Shown piece by piece: positions 1 through 12,131 of a DNA stretch of 64,000 nucleotides. Every line of letters starts with the position of its first letter. Within the stretch, counting starts at the first letter, position 1. The notes below the pieces were generated by a model. It did no database searches. It had not been told where the DNA came from and worked only from the letters and a program-made list of their open reading frames with translations. The DNA is taken from assembly GCA_963730185.1 (NCBI GenBank), contig CAVSQW010000015.1, forward strand, positions 608,001 through 672,000, given 5' to 3'. Origin of the DNA: an uncultured Gemmatimonadales bacterium (lineage in GTDB: Bacteria > Gemmatimonadota > Gemmatimonadetes > Gemmatimonadales > GWC2-71-9). The position numbers and the translations under genes were made by a program.

Positions 1-4
1 AATC

Positions 5-367
5 ATGCCGCGGGTCAAGAGCAACGTCGCGCATCACGCGCGCAAGAAGAAGATCATGGTCGCCGCCAAGGGGGCGCGCGGCGGCCGAAGCAAGCTCTAC
101 AAGGCGGCGAAAGAGACCGCCGAGCGGGCGATGCGGTATGCCTACCGCGACCGTCGCAAGCGAAAGAGCGAGTTCCGGGCCCTCTGGATCACCCGGATCA
201 ACGCGGCCGCCCGGCTCCACGACCTGAGCTACAGCCGGTTCATGGCCGGGCTCAAGAAAGCCGGCGTCGAGATCGACCGGAAGCTTCTGGCCGAGCTCGC
301 CGTGTCCGACGCCGATGCGTTTGGACGCCTCGCTGAAATGGCCCGGGGCGCCGCGGGGGCGCAGTAG
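5..367 (+). CDS. rplT: 50S ribosomal protein L20
   Basis: MPRVK... start; [26 protein letters not shown] signature; lies upstream of pheS. Confidence 0.98.
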   Translation: MPRVKSNVAHHARKKKIMVAAKGARGGRSKLYKAAKETAERAMRYAYRDRRKRKSEFRALWITRINAAARLHDLSYSRFMAGLKKAGVEIDRKLLAELAVSDADAFGRLAEMARGAAGAQ

Positions 368-394
368 CACTCAGTCACCAGACTCGAATACCCT

Positions 395-439
395 TCCCCC
401 GCGGTCGCCGGCCCAAGGCGGCCGCGGGGGATTTGCTTT
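395..439 (+). terminator. GC-rich hairpin plus T-rich tail between rplT and pheS (intrinsic terminator/attenuator-like)
   Basis: tcccccgcggtcgcc-ggcccaa-ggcggccgcggggga followed by tttgcttt. Confidence 0.6.
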
Positions 440-481
440 GGGACGGGTAGACGGTCGGCCCGTCCCCGACGAGGCCCACGC

Positions 482-1542
482 ATGTCCGAACCTACTGGCT
501 ATCCCGAGCTCGACGCGCTCCTCCCGCGGCTCGACGCCATCGCGACGCTCGATCGCGCCGCCCTCGAGCAGGAGCGGGTCGCGCTCCTCGGCCGGAAGCA
601 GGGCGCCCTGACCGCCCTGGCGCGGAAGCTCCCCGAGCTCGACCCCGAGGCCCGCCGCCCCTTCGGCGCGGCCGTGAACCGGATCAAGGGGCTGCTCGAG
701 GAGGCGTTCGACGCCCGGGCGGTCGCGCTGGCGGGCGACAGCGCCGCCGCCGGTGAGCGGATCGACCTCACCATGCCGGGCCGCCGGCGCTGGGTCGGCG
801 CGGCCCATCCGGTCAACCAGGTCATCGACGAGATCGTCTCGATCTTCCGGAGCATCGGCTTCACCGTGGCGGTGGGGCCGGAGGCCGAGACGGAGTGGAT
901 GAACTTCTTCGCGCTCAATTTCCCGGAGAATCATCCGGCGCTCGACACCCACGACACGCTGTACCTCACGGATGAGCGGGTGGACGGGGACCGGACCGGG
1001 CGCGGCTTGCTGCGCACCCACACCTCGCCGGTCCAGATCCGGGTCATGCAAGCCGGGCCGCCGCCCTATCGCGTGGTGTGCCCCGGCATGGTGTACCGGA
1101 ACGACCCGTTCGACCCCTCGCACGCCCCGGCCTTCGCGCAGATCGAGGGGCTGGCGGTGGACGAAGGGATCGGGCTGGTGGACCTCAAGGCCACCCTCAC
1201 CCACTTCGTGCGCCGGTTCTTCTCCCCGACCACGAAGGTGCGGTTTCGGCCCTCGTACTTCCCGTTCACGGAACCGTCGGGCGAGCTGGACATCGAGTGC
1301 CAGCTCTGTCACGGAGGCGGCTGCCCGGCCTGCAAGCAGACCGGTTGGATGGAGATCCTGGGCTGCGGCATGGTCCATCCGAACGTGCTCGAGAACGTCG
1401 GCGTCGACCCGGAGCGCTATTCGGGCTGGGCCTTCGGGATGGGTCCGGGACGGGTGGCGATGAACCGGTACGACCTGCCCGACATCCGGCTCCTCTACGG
1501 CGGCGACATGCGCTTCCTCCGGCAGCTCGGAGGGGCCGACCG

Positions 1543-1546
<4 letters not shown>
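482..1546 (+). CDS. pheS: Phenylalanine-tRNA ligase alpha subunit
   Basis: LLRTHTSPVQIR, RFRPSYFPFTEPS, GWMEILGCGMVHPNVL and GWAFGMG motifs. Confidence 0.98.
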
Positions 1547-3904
<2,358 letters not shown>

Positions 3905-3930
<26 letters not shown>

Positions 3931-4216
3931 GGCCGGCCCGCTCGCCGATCTCGAGCACCTCGCCCTCGCGCTCGAGGAGGAGCTGGCGCAATGGCGCCGG
4001 CGGTGCCTCGCGGCGGAGCATGAGGTCGAGGGGCTGCGGGCCCGGACGGCGAGCTTCGTGTCCGGCGACCTGGCCGAGTCGCGGGAGCGGATCGCGGAGT
4101 TGGAGGATGCCAACGTGGCCCTCGAGGCCCGGATCCGGGCCGCGCGGGAGCAGGTGGAGCAGCTCCGGACCCGGCTGCGGTTCGTGGAGGAGCATGCCGG
4201 CGGGGGGCTCCGATGA
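3905..4216 (+). CDS. Coiled-coil protein (ZapB-like position, upstream of zapA); start uncertain
   Basis: Heptad-rich E/R/L/A sequence between pheT and zapA; TTG at 3905 in frame; stop overlaps zapA ATG. Confidence 0.65.
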
Positions 4217-4533
4217 GTGACGGGCAGGCGGTCCGGGTTACGATCGGCGGTCAGGAGTTGGTGGTCAGCTCCGAACACCCGGCCGAGTACACCCGGGAGG
4301 TGGCGGCCCATTTCGACGAGGCTCTGCGACGGATTCGCGCGGCGCTGCCGACGGTCGATGCCCAACGGGCCGCGATTCTGGCGGGTCTCGCAGTAACGGA
4401 CGAGCTCTTTCAGGCCCGCGAAGCCGCGACCGGTGCGGCCGAGCAGCTGGCCACGGTCAACGAGCGGCTGGCTCGGCTGCTCCCCCCGGCCAAGCGGACC
4501 CGAGCGACGGACTCGGCCGGCCGGGGAACCTGA
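4213..4533 (+). CDS. zapA: Cell division protein ZapA
   Basis: VRVTIGGQEL...YTREVAAHFDEALRRI...AAILAGLAVTDELF pattern; pheT-zapA-rny synteny. Confidence 0.88.
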   Translation: MSDGQAVRVTIGGQELVVSSEHPAEYTREVAAHFDEALRRIRAALPTVDAQRAAILAGLAVTDELFQAREAATGAAEQLATVNERLARLLPPAKRTRATDSAGRGT

Positions 4534-4570
4534 ACGCCGTGTGGCGCCCGCGCCACCTTCGGAGATACGA

Positions 4571-6151
4571 ATGTCGACGACGGACCTGCTCTTCACGGGC
4601 GGAGGAGCGCTCGCCGGGATCCTGATCGCCACCGTGGCCGCGCTGATGATCGCCCGGTCGCGCCGACAGCAGGCAGGCGGGATGCTGGACGCCGCCCGTC
4701 AGGAAGCCGACCGGCTCCGGGAGCGCGGCCGGGACGAGGCCGAGAAGGCCAAGGCGGCGGCGCTGGTCGAGGGCAAGATGGAGACGCTCAAGCTCCGGGA
4801 AGGCCTGGAGCAGGAGCTGACCGCCCGGCGCCAGGAAGCCGAGCGGGCCGAGCGGCGGGTGACCGAGCGGGAACAGGACTTCGGCCGCCGGAACGAGGAG
4901 CTGGACCGGCAGGCCAAGACCCTGGCCCGGCAGCAGCAGTCGTTCACCGACAAGGAGCGCGGGCTCGACGCCAAGGCCAGCGAGCTCGAGGCGCTGGTCC
5001 ACGAGCAGCGGACCCGTCTGGAACGGGTGGCCGGGCTCACGACCGAGGATGCCCGGCGCGAGCTGCTCCAGAAGGTGGAGGACGAGGCCCGGGCCCAGGC
5101 CGCGGCGCTGGCCCGCGACATCAAGGAGCAGGCCAAGAAGAGCGCCGAGCGCGACGCCAAGCGGATCATCTCGATGTCGATCCAACGGCTGGCCGCCGAG
5201 CACACCGCGGAGACGACGGTGGCCGCCGTGGCGCTGCCCAGCGACGAGATGAAGGGTCGGATCATCGGCCGCGAAGGCCGGAACATCCGGGCTTTCGAGA
5301 TGGCGACCGGCGTCGACCTGATCATCGACGACACCCCCGACACCGTGATCGTCTCGTGCTTCGACCCGATCCGGCGTGAAGTGGGCCGCCGGGCGCTCGA
5401 CGCCCTGATCACCGACGGCCGGATTCACCCCGGCCGGATCGAGGAAGTGGTCAAGAAGATCCAGAAGGAGCTGGACGAGCAGCTGGTCGAGCTGGGCGAG
5501 CAGGCGGCCTATGAGACCGGCATCCACGGCCTCCATCCGGAGATGATCAAGCTGATCGGCCGGATGCGCTATCGGACCTCGTACGGCCAGAACATCTACG
5601 AGCACTCGAAGGAAGTGGCCTGGATCGCCGGGATGATGGCGGCCGAGCTCCACCTCGACGTGCAGCTCGCCAAGCGGGGCGGCCTCCTCCACGACGTGGG
5701 CAAGGTGCTCACCCACGACAACGAGGGCACTCACGTGCAGCTCGGCGTCGAGATGGCGACCCGCTACGGAGAGAACCCGCTGGTGATCAACGCGATCGGG
5801 GCGCACCACGACGACGTGCCCCACGAGACCCCCGAGAGCGTGTTGGTCCAGGCCGCCGACGCCATCAGCGGCTCGCGGCCCGGCGCCCGGCGCGAGGCGT
5901 TCGAGACCTACGTCAAGCGACTCACCAAGCTGGAGGAGATCGCCAACGACTTCCCGGGCGTCGACAAGGTCAACGCGATCCAGGCCGGCCGGGAGGTGCG
6001 GGTGATCGTGGTGCCCGACAAGGTGAGCGACGACGGCGCCGCCGAGCTGGCCGAGACCATCGCCAAGCGGATCGAAGGCGAGCTCCAATATCCGGGACAG
6101 ATCAGAGTGACCGTGATTCGAGAGACGAGAGCGACGGGGTTGGCCAAGTGA
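4571..6151 (+). CDS. rny: Ribonuclease Y
   Basis: N-terminal TM helix, coiled coil, KH domain ([14 protein letters not shown]), HD domain (LLHDVGK), [22 protein letters not shown] before ATG 4571. Confidence 0.97.
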   Translation: MSTTDLLFTGGGALAGILIATVAALMIARSRRQQAGGMLDAARQEADRLRERGRDEAEKAKAAALVEGKMETLKLREGLEQELTARRQEAERAERRVTEREQDFGRRNEELDRQAKTLARQQQSFTDKERGLDAKASELEALVHEQRTRLERVAGLTTEDARRELLQKVEDEARAQAAALARDIKEQAKKSAERDAKRIISMSIQRLAAEHTAETTVAAVALPSDEMKGRIIGREGRNIRAFEMATGVDLIIDDTPDTVIVSCFDPIRREVGRRALDALITDGRIHPGRIEEVVKKIQKELDEQLVELGEQAAYETGIHGLHPEMIKLIGRMRYRTSYGQNIYEHSKEVAWIAGMMAAELHLDVQLAKRGGLLHDVGKVLTHDNEGTHVQLGVEMATRYGENPLVINAIGAHHDDVPHETPESVLVQAADAISGSRPGARREAFETYVKRLTKLEEIANDFPGVDKVNAIQAGREVRVIVVPDKVSDDGAAELAETIAKRIEGELQYPGQIRVTVIRETRATGLAK

Positions 6152-7050
6152 CCGCGCGGGTGCTGGACGGCGCCGCGCTGGCCAACCAGATCCGGGCCGA
6201 CCTGGCGAAAGACGTGGCGAAGCTGGTGGCTCGGGGCGTGACGCCGGGCCTGGCGGTGGTGATCGTGGGCGAAGACCCCGCCAGCATGGTGTACGTGGCG
6301 AGCAAGGGGAAGGCCTGCGAAGAGGCGGGGATGTACTCCGAGACCATCCGGCTCCCGGCCAACACGACCGAGGCCGAGCTCCTGGCGGTCGTGGACCGGC
6401 TCAACGCGGACCCCAAGATCCACGGCTTCCTGGTCCAGCTGCCGCTCCCCAAGCACATCGACGCCGAGCGGGTGCTGCTCCGGATCGACCCCGACAAGGA
6501 CGTCGACGGGTTCCACCCGATGAACGTCGGCCGGGTGCTGATCGGCGACCGGCGGGCCTTTCGCCCGGCCACTCCCTACGGCGTGCAGCAGATGCTGATC
6601 CGCTCGGGGATCGAGACCAGCGGCGCCCATGCGGTGATCATCGGCCGGTCCAACATCGTCGGGAAGCCGATGGCGAGCTTGCTGGTGCAACCGGGCCCCG
6701 GCGGGAACGCCACCGTCACCATCTGTCACTCCCGCTCGCGGGACCTGCCGGGGATCGCCCGGTCGGCCGACGTGCTGGTCGTCGCGATCGGGAAGCCGGC
6801 GTTCGTCACCGCCGACATGGTGAAACCCGGCGCCGTGGTGGTCGACGTGGGGATCAATCGGGTCCCCGACGCGAGCCGTCCCAAGGGCTACCGGATCGTG
6901 GGCGACGTGGCCTACGACGAGGTCGCGACGGTGGCGAGCGCGATCACGCCGGTGCCGGGCGGGGTCGGGCGGATGACGATCGCGATGTTGCTGATGAACA
7001 CGGTGCAGGCGGCGGGAGGGGGCGGGGAGGGAGGGGGGGAGACGGGGTGA
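6148..7050 (+). CDS. folD: Bifunctional methylenetetrahydrofolate dehydrogenase/cyclohydrolase
   Basis: [32 protein letters not shown] motifs. Confidence 0.97.
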   Translation: MTARVLDGAALANQIRADLAKDVAKLVARGVTPGLAVVIVGEDPASMVYVASKGKACEEAGMYSETIRLPANTTEAELLAVVDRLNADPKIHGFLVQLPLPKHIDAERVLLRIDPDKDVDGFHPMNVGRVLIGDRRAFRPATPYGVQQMLIRSGIETSGAHAVIIGRSNIVGKPMASLLVQPGPGGNATVTICHSRSRDLPGIARSADVLVVAIGKPAFVTADMVKPGAVVVDVGINRVPDASRPKGYRIVGDVAYDEVATVASAITPVPGGVGRMTIAMLLMNTVQAAGGGGEGGGETG

Positions 7051-7141
7051 GACGGGGAGGGTTGCACCGGCGCCCGGGCCACCCCGTCCCACCCCGTCCC
7101 ACCCCCCTCACCCCAACCCTTAACCCTTCACCCCGCCCCCC
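7015..7141. repeat. Imperfect G-rich/C-rich palindrome built from short repeats between convergent folD and rdhA-like genes
   Basis: ggggagggagggggggagacggggtgagacgggg is complementary to ccccgtcccaccccgtcccacccccctcacccc. Confidence 0.7.
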
Positions 7142-8123
7142 TCCGCCTCTCCCGCCTCTTCTCCATCTTCTCCGCCAGCTTCGGCGCCGTCCCCGGCATC
7201 GACCAGGGGCACGCCGCGATGCATATCGCGCAGCCGTAGGTCTCGTTGAAGTAGGGAAGACAGCGGTCGAAGTTCACGTACCACTTCGTCACCCCCCGGA
7301 CCTGCTGCTTTTCGTGGGTGATCGCGTCCACCGGACAGGCGTTGGCGCACACCTGGCATTGGGTGCAGAAGTCGTCGGCGCCGAAGTCGGTGGGATCGTC
7401 GGCGGCGAGGGGCAGGTCGGTGAACACGGCGGCCAATCGGAAGTTCGAGCCCAGCTCCCGGTTGATGATCGAGCCGTGTTTGCCCAGCTCGCCGAAGCCC
7501 GCGGCGAGGGCGGCCGGAATGAGCGTGATCGGGCCGGCCGGCGGCCCGCCGCGGGGTTCGGCCCGCCAGCCCTGGCCGCGAATCCAGTCGGCCAGCGGCT
7601 GAGCGACCCGCCAGCCCTGGGTGTACCCCTCGACCACGGCCAGCGCGGCCGTGACCTCGGGCGCCGTCTCCAGCTGCTCGTAGTCCATGGCCACCCCGAG
7701 CACCACGACCCAGGGATAGTCGAAGTCGTAGCCTTGGTAAACCCAGAGCGGGTCGGCCCGGACCAGGCCCACCAGGTCCGCGCCGAACGCCCGGGCCTGC
7801 TCCTTGACCAGCCGGGCGGTCTCGGCCGGGTCGCGGATTACTCGCTCCCCGGCGATCGGGGCCGGCTCCCGGGCGATGATCTCCGCCCGGGCTCCGCGCA
7901 GGGCGTGGAGGGCCGGCTCTTTCCGGCCCTGATCCATCATCCAGGTCTGGAGCGGCCCGTGCGGCGTCATCTCGGGCGGATGCCAGTAGATCGGCGACGG
8001 CCGCCGGACCTCGGTCTCGCCCAGTCCGTTGATCGTGTTGCCGGAGAGGTCGGGCCAGAGCGCCTGCTGCTCGGCGCTGGGGACGAACGGTGGCTTGGCG
8101 TGTCGGCCGCGCTGGAACGCCAT
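7128..8123 (-). CDS. Reductive dehalogenase/QueG-superfamily 2x[4Fe-4S] protein without TAT signal
   Basis: VKEQARAFGADLVG, AALAAGFGELGKHG, FRLAAVFTDLPL, FCTQCQVCANACP, C-x9-CAICIAACPW. Confidence 0.8.
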   Translation of the reverse strand: MAFQRGRHAKPPFVPSAEQQALWPDLSGNTINGLGETEVRRPSPIYWHPPEMTPHGPLQTWMMDQGRKEPALHALRGARAEIIAREPAPIAGERVIRDPAETARLVKEQARAFGADLVGLVRADPLWVYQGYDFDYPWVVVLGVAMDYEQLETAPEVTAALAVVEGYTQGWRVAQPLADWIRGQGWRAEPRGGPPAGPITLIPAALAAGFGELGKHGSIINRELGSNFRLAAVFTDLPLAADDPTDFGADDFCTQCQVCANACPVDAITHEKQQVRGVTKWYVNFDRCLPYFNETYGCAICIAACPWSMPGTAPKLAEKMEKRRERRRGAG

Positions 8124-8127
8124 TCGG

Positions 8128-8946
8128 CTACCTCCCTTGGGTCGGAGCCGGTTCGGGCCCGGTCGGGGCCACTCGTCGGACCGATTCCGCGATGCGTCGA
8201 TCGAACATCAGAACCGCTCCCACCGCCAGCCAATAGACCGCCGAGAGGATCAACCCCAGCCGGACTTGATCGGCGCCCTCCACCATCCGATAGAGAAACG
8301 AACCACTCACCGTATTGTGGGTCGTGTGCCAGATTGCCGCCAGCCACCAGACCCCGCCGGACCGGACGAAGGCCCAGAGCACCATGAACTGAAAGCCGGC
8401 GTTGGCCACGACGCCGACCATCCAGGGCAGGTCGCCGCCGATCATCAGCGGGAGGTGCCAGGTGACCCGGATCACCGCCATGAGCAAGGCGGCCGTCACG
8501 AACCGGTGCCGCCCGAGGAGCCGGGGCGAGGCGAACGCCGTCCAGCCGGCCTCCTCTCCGATCCCGATCGCGATAAACACGCTGAGGAAGGTCGGCCCCA
8601 ACGCGGGCCAGCCGGCCAGCTGCTCCCGGGTGGGGAGCGGGGCGCCCAAGGCGGTGTTGACCAGCACCGCGATGATCATCAGGACGATTGGTCCCAGAAA
8701 GGCCACCAGCCACCACTGGATTCCGGTTCGAGCCGTAATCAGCCGGTGGCCCCACTCGCGGAGGCCGTTCCGGCCGAGACAGGCGGCGACGACCGCCGCC
8801 GCCATGAGCGGCCCGAGCGGAAACTGCCCTCCGTCGTGGGTGCCTCTGACGGCCGCGGCGATGGTGAACATCCAGCCGAAGGCGCAGGCCAGAATCCAGT
8901 AGGTGGTGACCGGGAAGGCCCGGATCGGTCGGAGCAAGGCGGACAT
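8128..8946 (-). CDS. CPBP/CAAX (Abi) family intramembrane metalloprotease
   Basis: Multi-TM protein with GIGEEAGW, TWHLP and WHTTHN motifs; GAGAGG RBS. Confidence 0.85.
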   Translation of the reverse strand: MSALLRPIRAFPVTTYWILACAFGWMFTIAAAVRGTHDGGQFPLGPLMAAAVVAACLGRNGLREWGHRLITARTGIQWWLVAFLGPIVLMIIAVLVNTALGAPLPTREQLAGWPALGPTFLSVFIAIGIGEEAGWTAFASPRLLGRHRFVTAALLMAVIRVTWHLPLMIGGDLPWMVGVVANAGFQFMVLWAFVRSGGVWWLAAIWHTTHNTVSGSFLYRMVEGADQVRLGLILSAVYWLAVGAVLMFDRRIAESVRRVAPTGPEPAPTQGR

Positions 8947-8985
8947 CGGCAATCCTCTCGGCGGGGTGGCGTGGAGTCGGGCCCC

Positions 8986-9837
8986 TCAGCGGACGGGAGC
9001 GGGCGTGGCTTCCGGCGGCGTTGCGGCAGGTGCCGGGGGACACGGGGCTCGACCGACGTCGCAGATCGAGGCCGCCGTGGCCCGCAGGTCGCCCGCCCAG
9101 GCGATCCGGCCGGCGAGATCGACCGTGACCCACGGCGCGAGCAGCCGGTAGCTCCGCACGGCCGTGGTCTGGCCGGCGCTGAGCTGTTGCCGGGCTCCGA
9201 AGCGCGAGACGATGGCCGCGCCGCTCGCCAGGGTGACGGTCAGCTCGCCGCCTCGGGCTTCGAGGTCGAACCGGGCCCCGCGGGCAGCCACCGTGCCGGC
9301 CCGGGTCAGGACGTCGAGCTCGTGCCCCGACCCGCCGGGCACGTCGACGAAGGCATGGCCTTCGAGGGCCACCTCGCGCTCGCGCCGCCCGGTTCCGATC
9401 CGGAGCTGGCTCTCCGGGCCGAGCCGGATCAGCGTCCCGTCGTTCAAGGCCACGGTCGCCGTCTGGCCGGGGCCGGTCAGGACGTCGCGGGCGGTGAAGC
9501 CGAACGCCGGGAGGGCGCGGTAGCCCATGACCGCCGCGATGACGATCACCGCGACGGCCGAAAGCCCGAGGGTCGCGTACCCCAGCCACCGGGTCAGCTC
9601 GGCGAGCGGTCGGCCTCGGGTGGCCCGCCGCTCGGCCCGCCGGATCAGGGTCACGGCGGCCGGGGGCAGGGTGGTCGGGAGCCCGGCCTCGGTCCGATCG
9701 GCCAGGTCGAGCAGGGCCACCAGCTCTGCCAGGCGGGCCTGGTTCCCGGGCGAGCTCGCCAGCCACGCCTCAACCCGCCGGCGCTCGGGGTCGGTGACTT
9801 CCGCTCGGAGATAGCGGTACAGCAGCTCGTCGGACAT
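8986..9837 (-). CDS. FecR-family anti-sigma factor (C-terminus short or divergent)
   Basis: N-terminal LLYRYL...ERRRVEAWLASSPGN, TM helix, TGPGQTATVALNDGTLIRLGPESQL, REVALEGHAF. Confidence 0.85.
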   Translation of the reverse strand: MSDELLYRYLRAEVTDPERRRVEAWLASSPGNQARLAELVALLDLADRTEAGLPTTLPPAAVTLIRRAERRATRGRPLAELTRWLGYATLGLSAVAVIVIAAVMGYRALPAFGFTARDVLTGPGQTATVALNDGTLIRLGPESQLRIGTGRREREVALEGHAFVDVPGGSGHELDVLTRAGTVAARGARFDLEARGGELTVTLASGAAIVSRFGARQQLSAGQTTAVRSYRLLAPWVTVDLAGRIAWAGDLRATAASICDVGRAPCPPAPAATPPEATPAPVR

Positions 9838-9890
9838 GGACCGTCGGCGATCGGGTTCACTCGCTGGAACGCGCGAGCGGCGGATCCGGC

Positions 9891-10481
9891 CTATCGGTGC
9901 TGGGTCCGGTCGGGGCGGAGGGGCCCGAGGGTCGCGCGGAGGGCGGCCAGGGCGGCGGCAACCTGGTTCTTGACCGTCGCGGGCGAGACGCCCATGACCT
10001 GGGCCGCCTCGCGATAGGACATCCGGTGCAGATAGGCCAGCACGAACGCCTGACGGCGGCGCGGTGGCAGGGCATCGATGGCGTAGGCCATGGCCTCGTC
10101 CGCCGAGGGGACCGCACCGCCCGTGACCGGGGTGCGGGGCGGCGGGGCCGGGTCCCGAGGAGCCACCAGGGCCCAGGCCTGGTGACGCCGCCGCCGGCGG
10201 AGCTCATCGAGCGCCAGGTTGTGGACGATCCGGTAGAGGTAGGCCCGGAGCGCGGTCGGGTCCAGCTTCCGGCGACGCTCCCACAGACGCAGGAAGGTCT
10301 CCTGCACGAGATCCTCGGCCAGGTCGGTGTCCTCGACCATCCGGCGGGCGTAGCGGAAGAGCGGCCCCCAATGACGGCCCAGCGCCTGGTCGAGCGCGAG
10401 CTCGTCGCCGGCGCGAATCCGAATCGCGAGCACCTGATCGGGCGCGGGCGCGGGAGGCGGAGTGTGGGGATCGTCGGTCAT
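9891..10481 (-). CDS. ECF RNA polymerase sigma factor (FecI-like)
   Basis: AEDLVQETFLRLWERR, LRAYLYRIVHNLALD, LPPRRRQAF...SYREAAQVMGVSPATVKNQ; adjacent to FecR gene. Confidence 0.9.
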   Translation of the reverse strand: MTDDPHTPPPAPAPDQVLAIRIRAGDELALDQALGRHWGPLFRYARRMVEDTDLAEDLVQETFLRLWERRRKLDPTALRAYLYRIVHNLALDELRRRRRHQAWALVAPRDPAPPPRTPVTGGAVPSADEAMAYAIDALPPRRRQAFVLAYLHRMSYREAAQVMGVSPATVKNQVAAALAALRATLGPLRPDRTQHR

Positions 10482-10531
10482 CGCGGCCCCATACGGCCCA
10501 CCTCCCCGATCGGTTTCCCCCGGCGCCCCCC

Positions 10532-10597
10532 GATCCCCCATCCCCTCCCATCCCACCCCATCCCGCCCCATCCCATCCCATCCCATCCCATCCCTCC
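10532..10597. repeat. (CCCAT)n-type pentamer tandem repeat; G-quadruplex-competent on the minus strand
   Basis: atcccccatcccctcccatcccaccccatcccgccccatcccatcccatcccatcccatccctcc. Confidence 0.85.
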
Positions 10598-10695
10598 AGA
10601 CCGGGTGCCATCGTCCGAGGGCCGCTGCCATATTCCGGGGCGTGAGCGTTCCCCCTTGGAGGGGCTCCCCGTCTTCCCGTTTACCGGATCGTGTA

Positions 10696-11892
10696 ATGCC
10701 CGCTGGTGGCTCCGGCGCCCGCCGGCCCGCTCGTTCAGCCTCGTCGTCCTCGTCGTCGAGTGGTCGAACCGGCGATGAGCGGGCGGCGTACACCGTGTCG
10801 GAGCTGGCGGCCGCCCTCAAGACGGCCGCTGAGCGGTCCACCGGCCAGGTCTGGGTCAAGGGCGAAGTGATGGGGCTCAAGATCTACGAGGCGGGCCACT
10901 GGTACTTCACCCTCCGCGACGAGTCGTCGCAGCTCCGCTGCGTCATCTGGAACAGCAACGCCCGGCGGATCAAGGTGGCGCCGCCCGAGGGTACGGAGGT
11001 ATACGCGCTGGCCACGCCGACGGTCTGGCCGGCCCGGGGCGAGCTCCGGCTCACCGCGGTCACCCTGTTGCCGACCTCGGGCGTGGGGCTCCAGCAGCTC
11101 TCGTTCGAGCGGACCCGCGAGCTCCTCGAAAAGGACGGACTGCTCGACCCGGCCCGGAAGCGCCGGCCGCCTCGGTTCCCTCGGGTGGTGGCCGTGGTGA
11201 CCAGTCCTGACGGGGCGGTGCTCCACGACATCCGGATCGTCGCCTCGCGGCGGTGGCCGGCCGCCCGGCTGGTGCTGGTGCCGGCACGGGTCCAGGGCGA
11301 GGACGCCGCCGACGAGCTCTGCCGGGCGCTCGCGATCGTGAACCGGCTGCCCGAGGTCGACGTCTGCATCGTGGCCCGGGGCGGGGGCGCCCGGGACGAT
11401 CTCCTGGCCTTCAACGCCGAGCCGGTCTGCCGGGCGGTGGCCGCGACCCGGGTGCCGACCATCGCGGCGGTAGGGCACGAGACCGACGTGACCTTGACCG
11501 ACCTGGTAGCCGACCTCCGGGCGCCCACCCCGTCGGCCGCGGCGGAGCTGGCCCTGCCGGACCGGCGCGAGTTGGCGCGCCACGTGGCCGGACTCGGCCA
11601 CCGGCTGGCCCACGGCCTGACCCGGCGGACCCGGGTGCTGAGCGAGCGGCTGGCCCGGGCGTCGGATCGGATCGAACGGACGCTGGTCGACCGGCTGGCC
11701 GAGCGGCGCCGGCGGATGGAGCGGCTGGCGGCCTCGCTCGACGCCCTGAGCCCGTTGGCGGTGCTGGGCCGAGGGTACGCGGTGGCTCGCCTGGCCGACG
11801 GCCGGGTGGCCCGGCGCCGAGCCGACCTGCCGCCCGGAACCCCCTTCACCCTGCGGGTCGCCGATGGCGACGTGGACGCACAAGCCCGATGA
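10696..11892 (+). CDS. xseA: Exodeoxyribonuclease VII large subunit (start uncertain)
   Basis: VWVKGEV...GHWYFTLRD, VVTSPDGAVLHDI, IVARGGG, AVGHETD, DLRAPTPSAAAE, LSPLAVLGRGYA. Confidence 0.95.
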   Translation: MPAGGSGARRPARSASSSSSSSGRTGDERAAYTVSELAAALKTAAERSTGQVWVKGEVMGLKIYEAGHWYFTLRDESSQLRCVIWNSNARRIKVAPPEGTEVYALATPTVWPARGELRLTAVTLLPTSGVGLQQLSFERTRELLEKDGLLDPARKRRPPRFPRVVAVVTSPDGAVLHDIRIVASRRWPAARLVLVPARVQGEDAADELCRALAIVNRLPEVDVCIVARGGGARDDLLAFNAEPVCRAVAATRVPTIAAVGHETDVTLTDLVADLRAPTPSAAAELALPDRRELARHVAGLGHRLAHGLTRRTRVLSERLARASDRIERTLVDRLAERRRRMERLAASLDALSPLAVLGRGYAVARLADGRVARRRADLPPGTPFTLRVADGDVDAQAR

Positions 11893-12131
11893 GCGAGCCC
11901 GAACGGCAGCCGGGACGGGATACTCTGGCGATCGACCTCAAACGATTGGAAGACATCGTCGCCGCCTTGGAGGCCGACGATCTCGACCTGGACCGGGCCT
12001 TGGCGCTGTTCGAGGAAGGCGTCCAGGTGCTGCAGAGCGCCCGTGGCCGGCTCGGGGAAGCGGAGGCGCGGGTCCAACGGGTGCTCGAGGACGCCGCCGG
12101 GACGCTTCGGCTCGCCGACCTCGATGGCTGA
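11889..12131 (+). CDS. xseB: Exodeoxyribonuclease VII small subunit
   Basis: LKRLEDIVAALE...LDLDRALALFEEGV...LGEAEARV; ATG overlaps xseA stop. Confidence 0.93.
   Translation: MSEPERQPGRDTLAIDLKRLEDIVAALEADDLDLDRALALFEEGVQVLQSARGRLGEAEARVQRVLEDAAGTLRLADLDG

Noticed and set aside
368..481. T-box or pheM-type attenuator before pheS
   Set aside because: Hairpins are present, but I see no T-box consensus or Phe-rich leader peptide
4534..4570. 6S RNA (ssrS), often located downstream of zapA
   Set aside because: Only 37 nt separate zapA and rny, too short for 6S RNA
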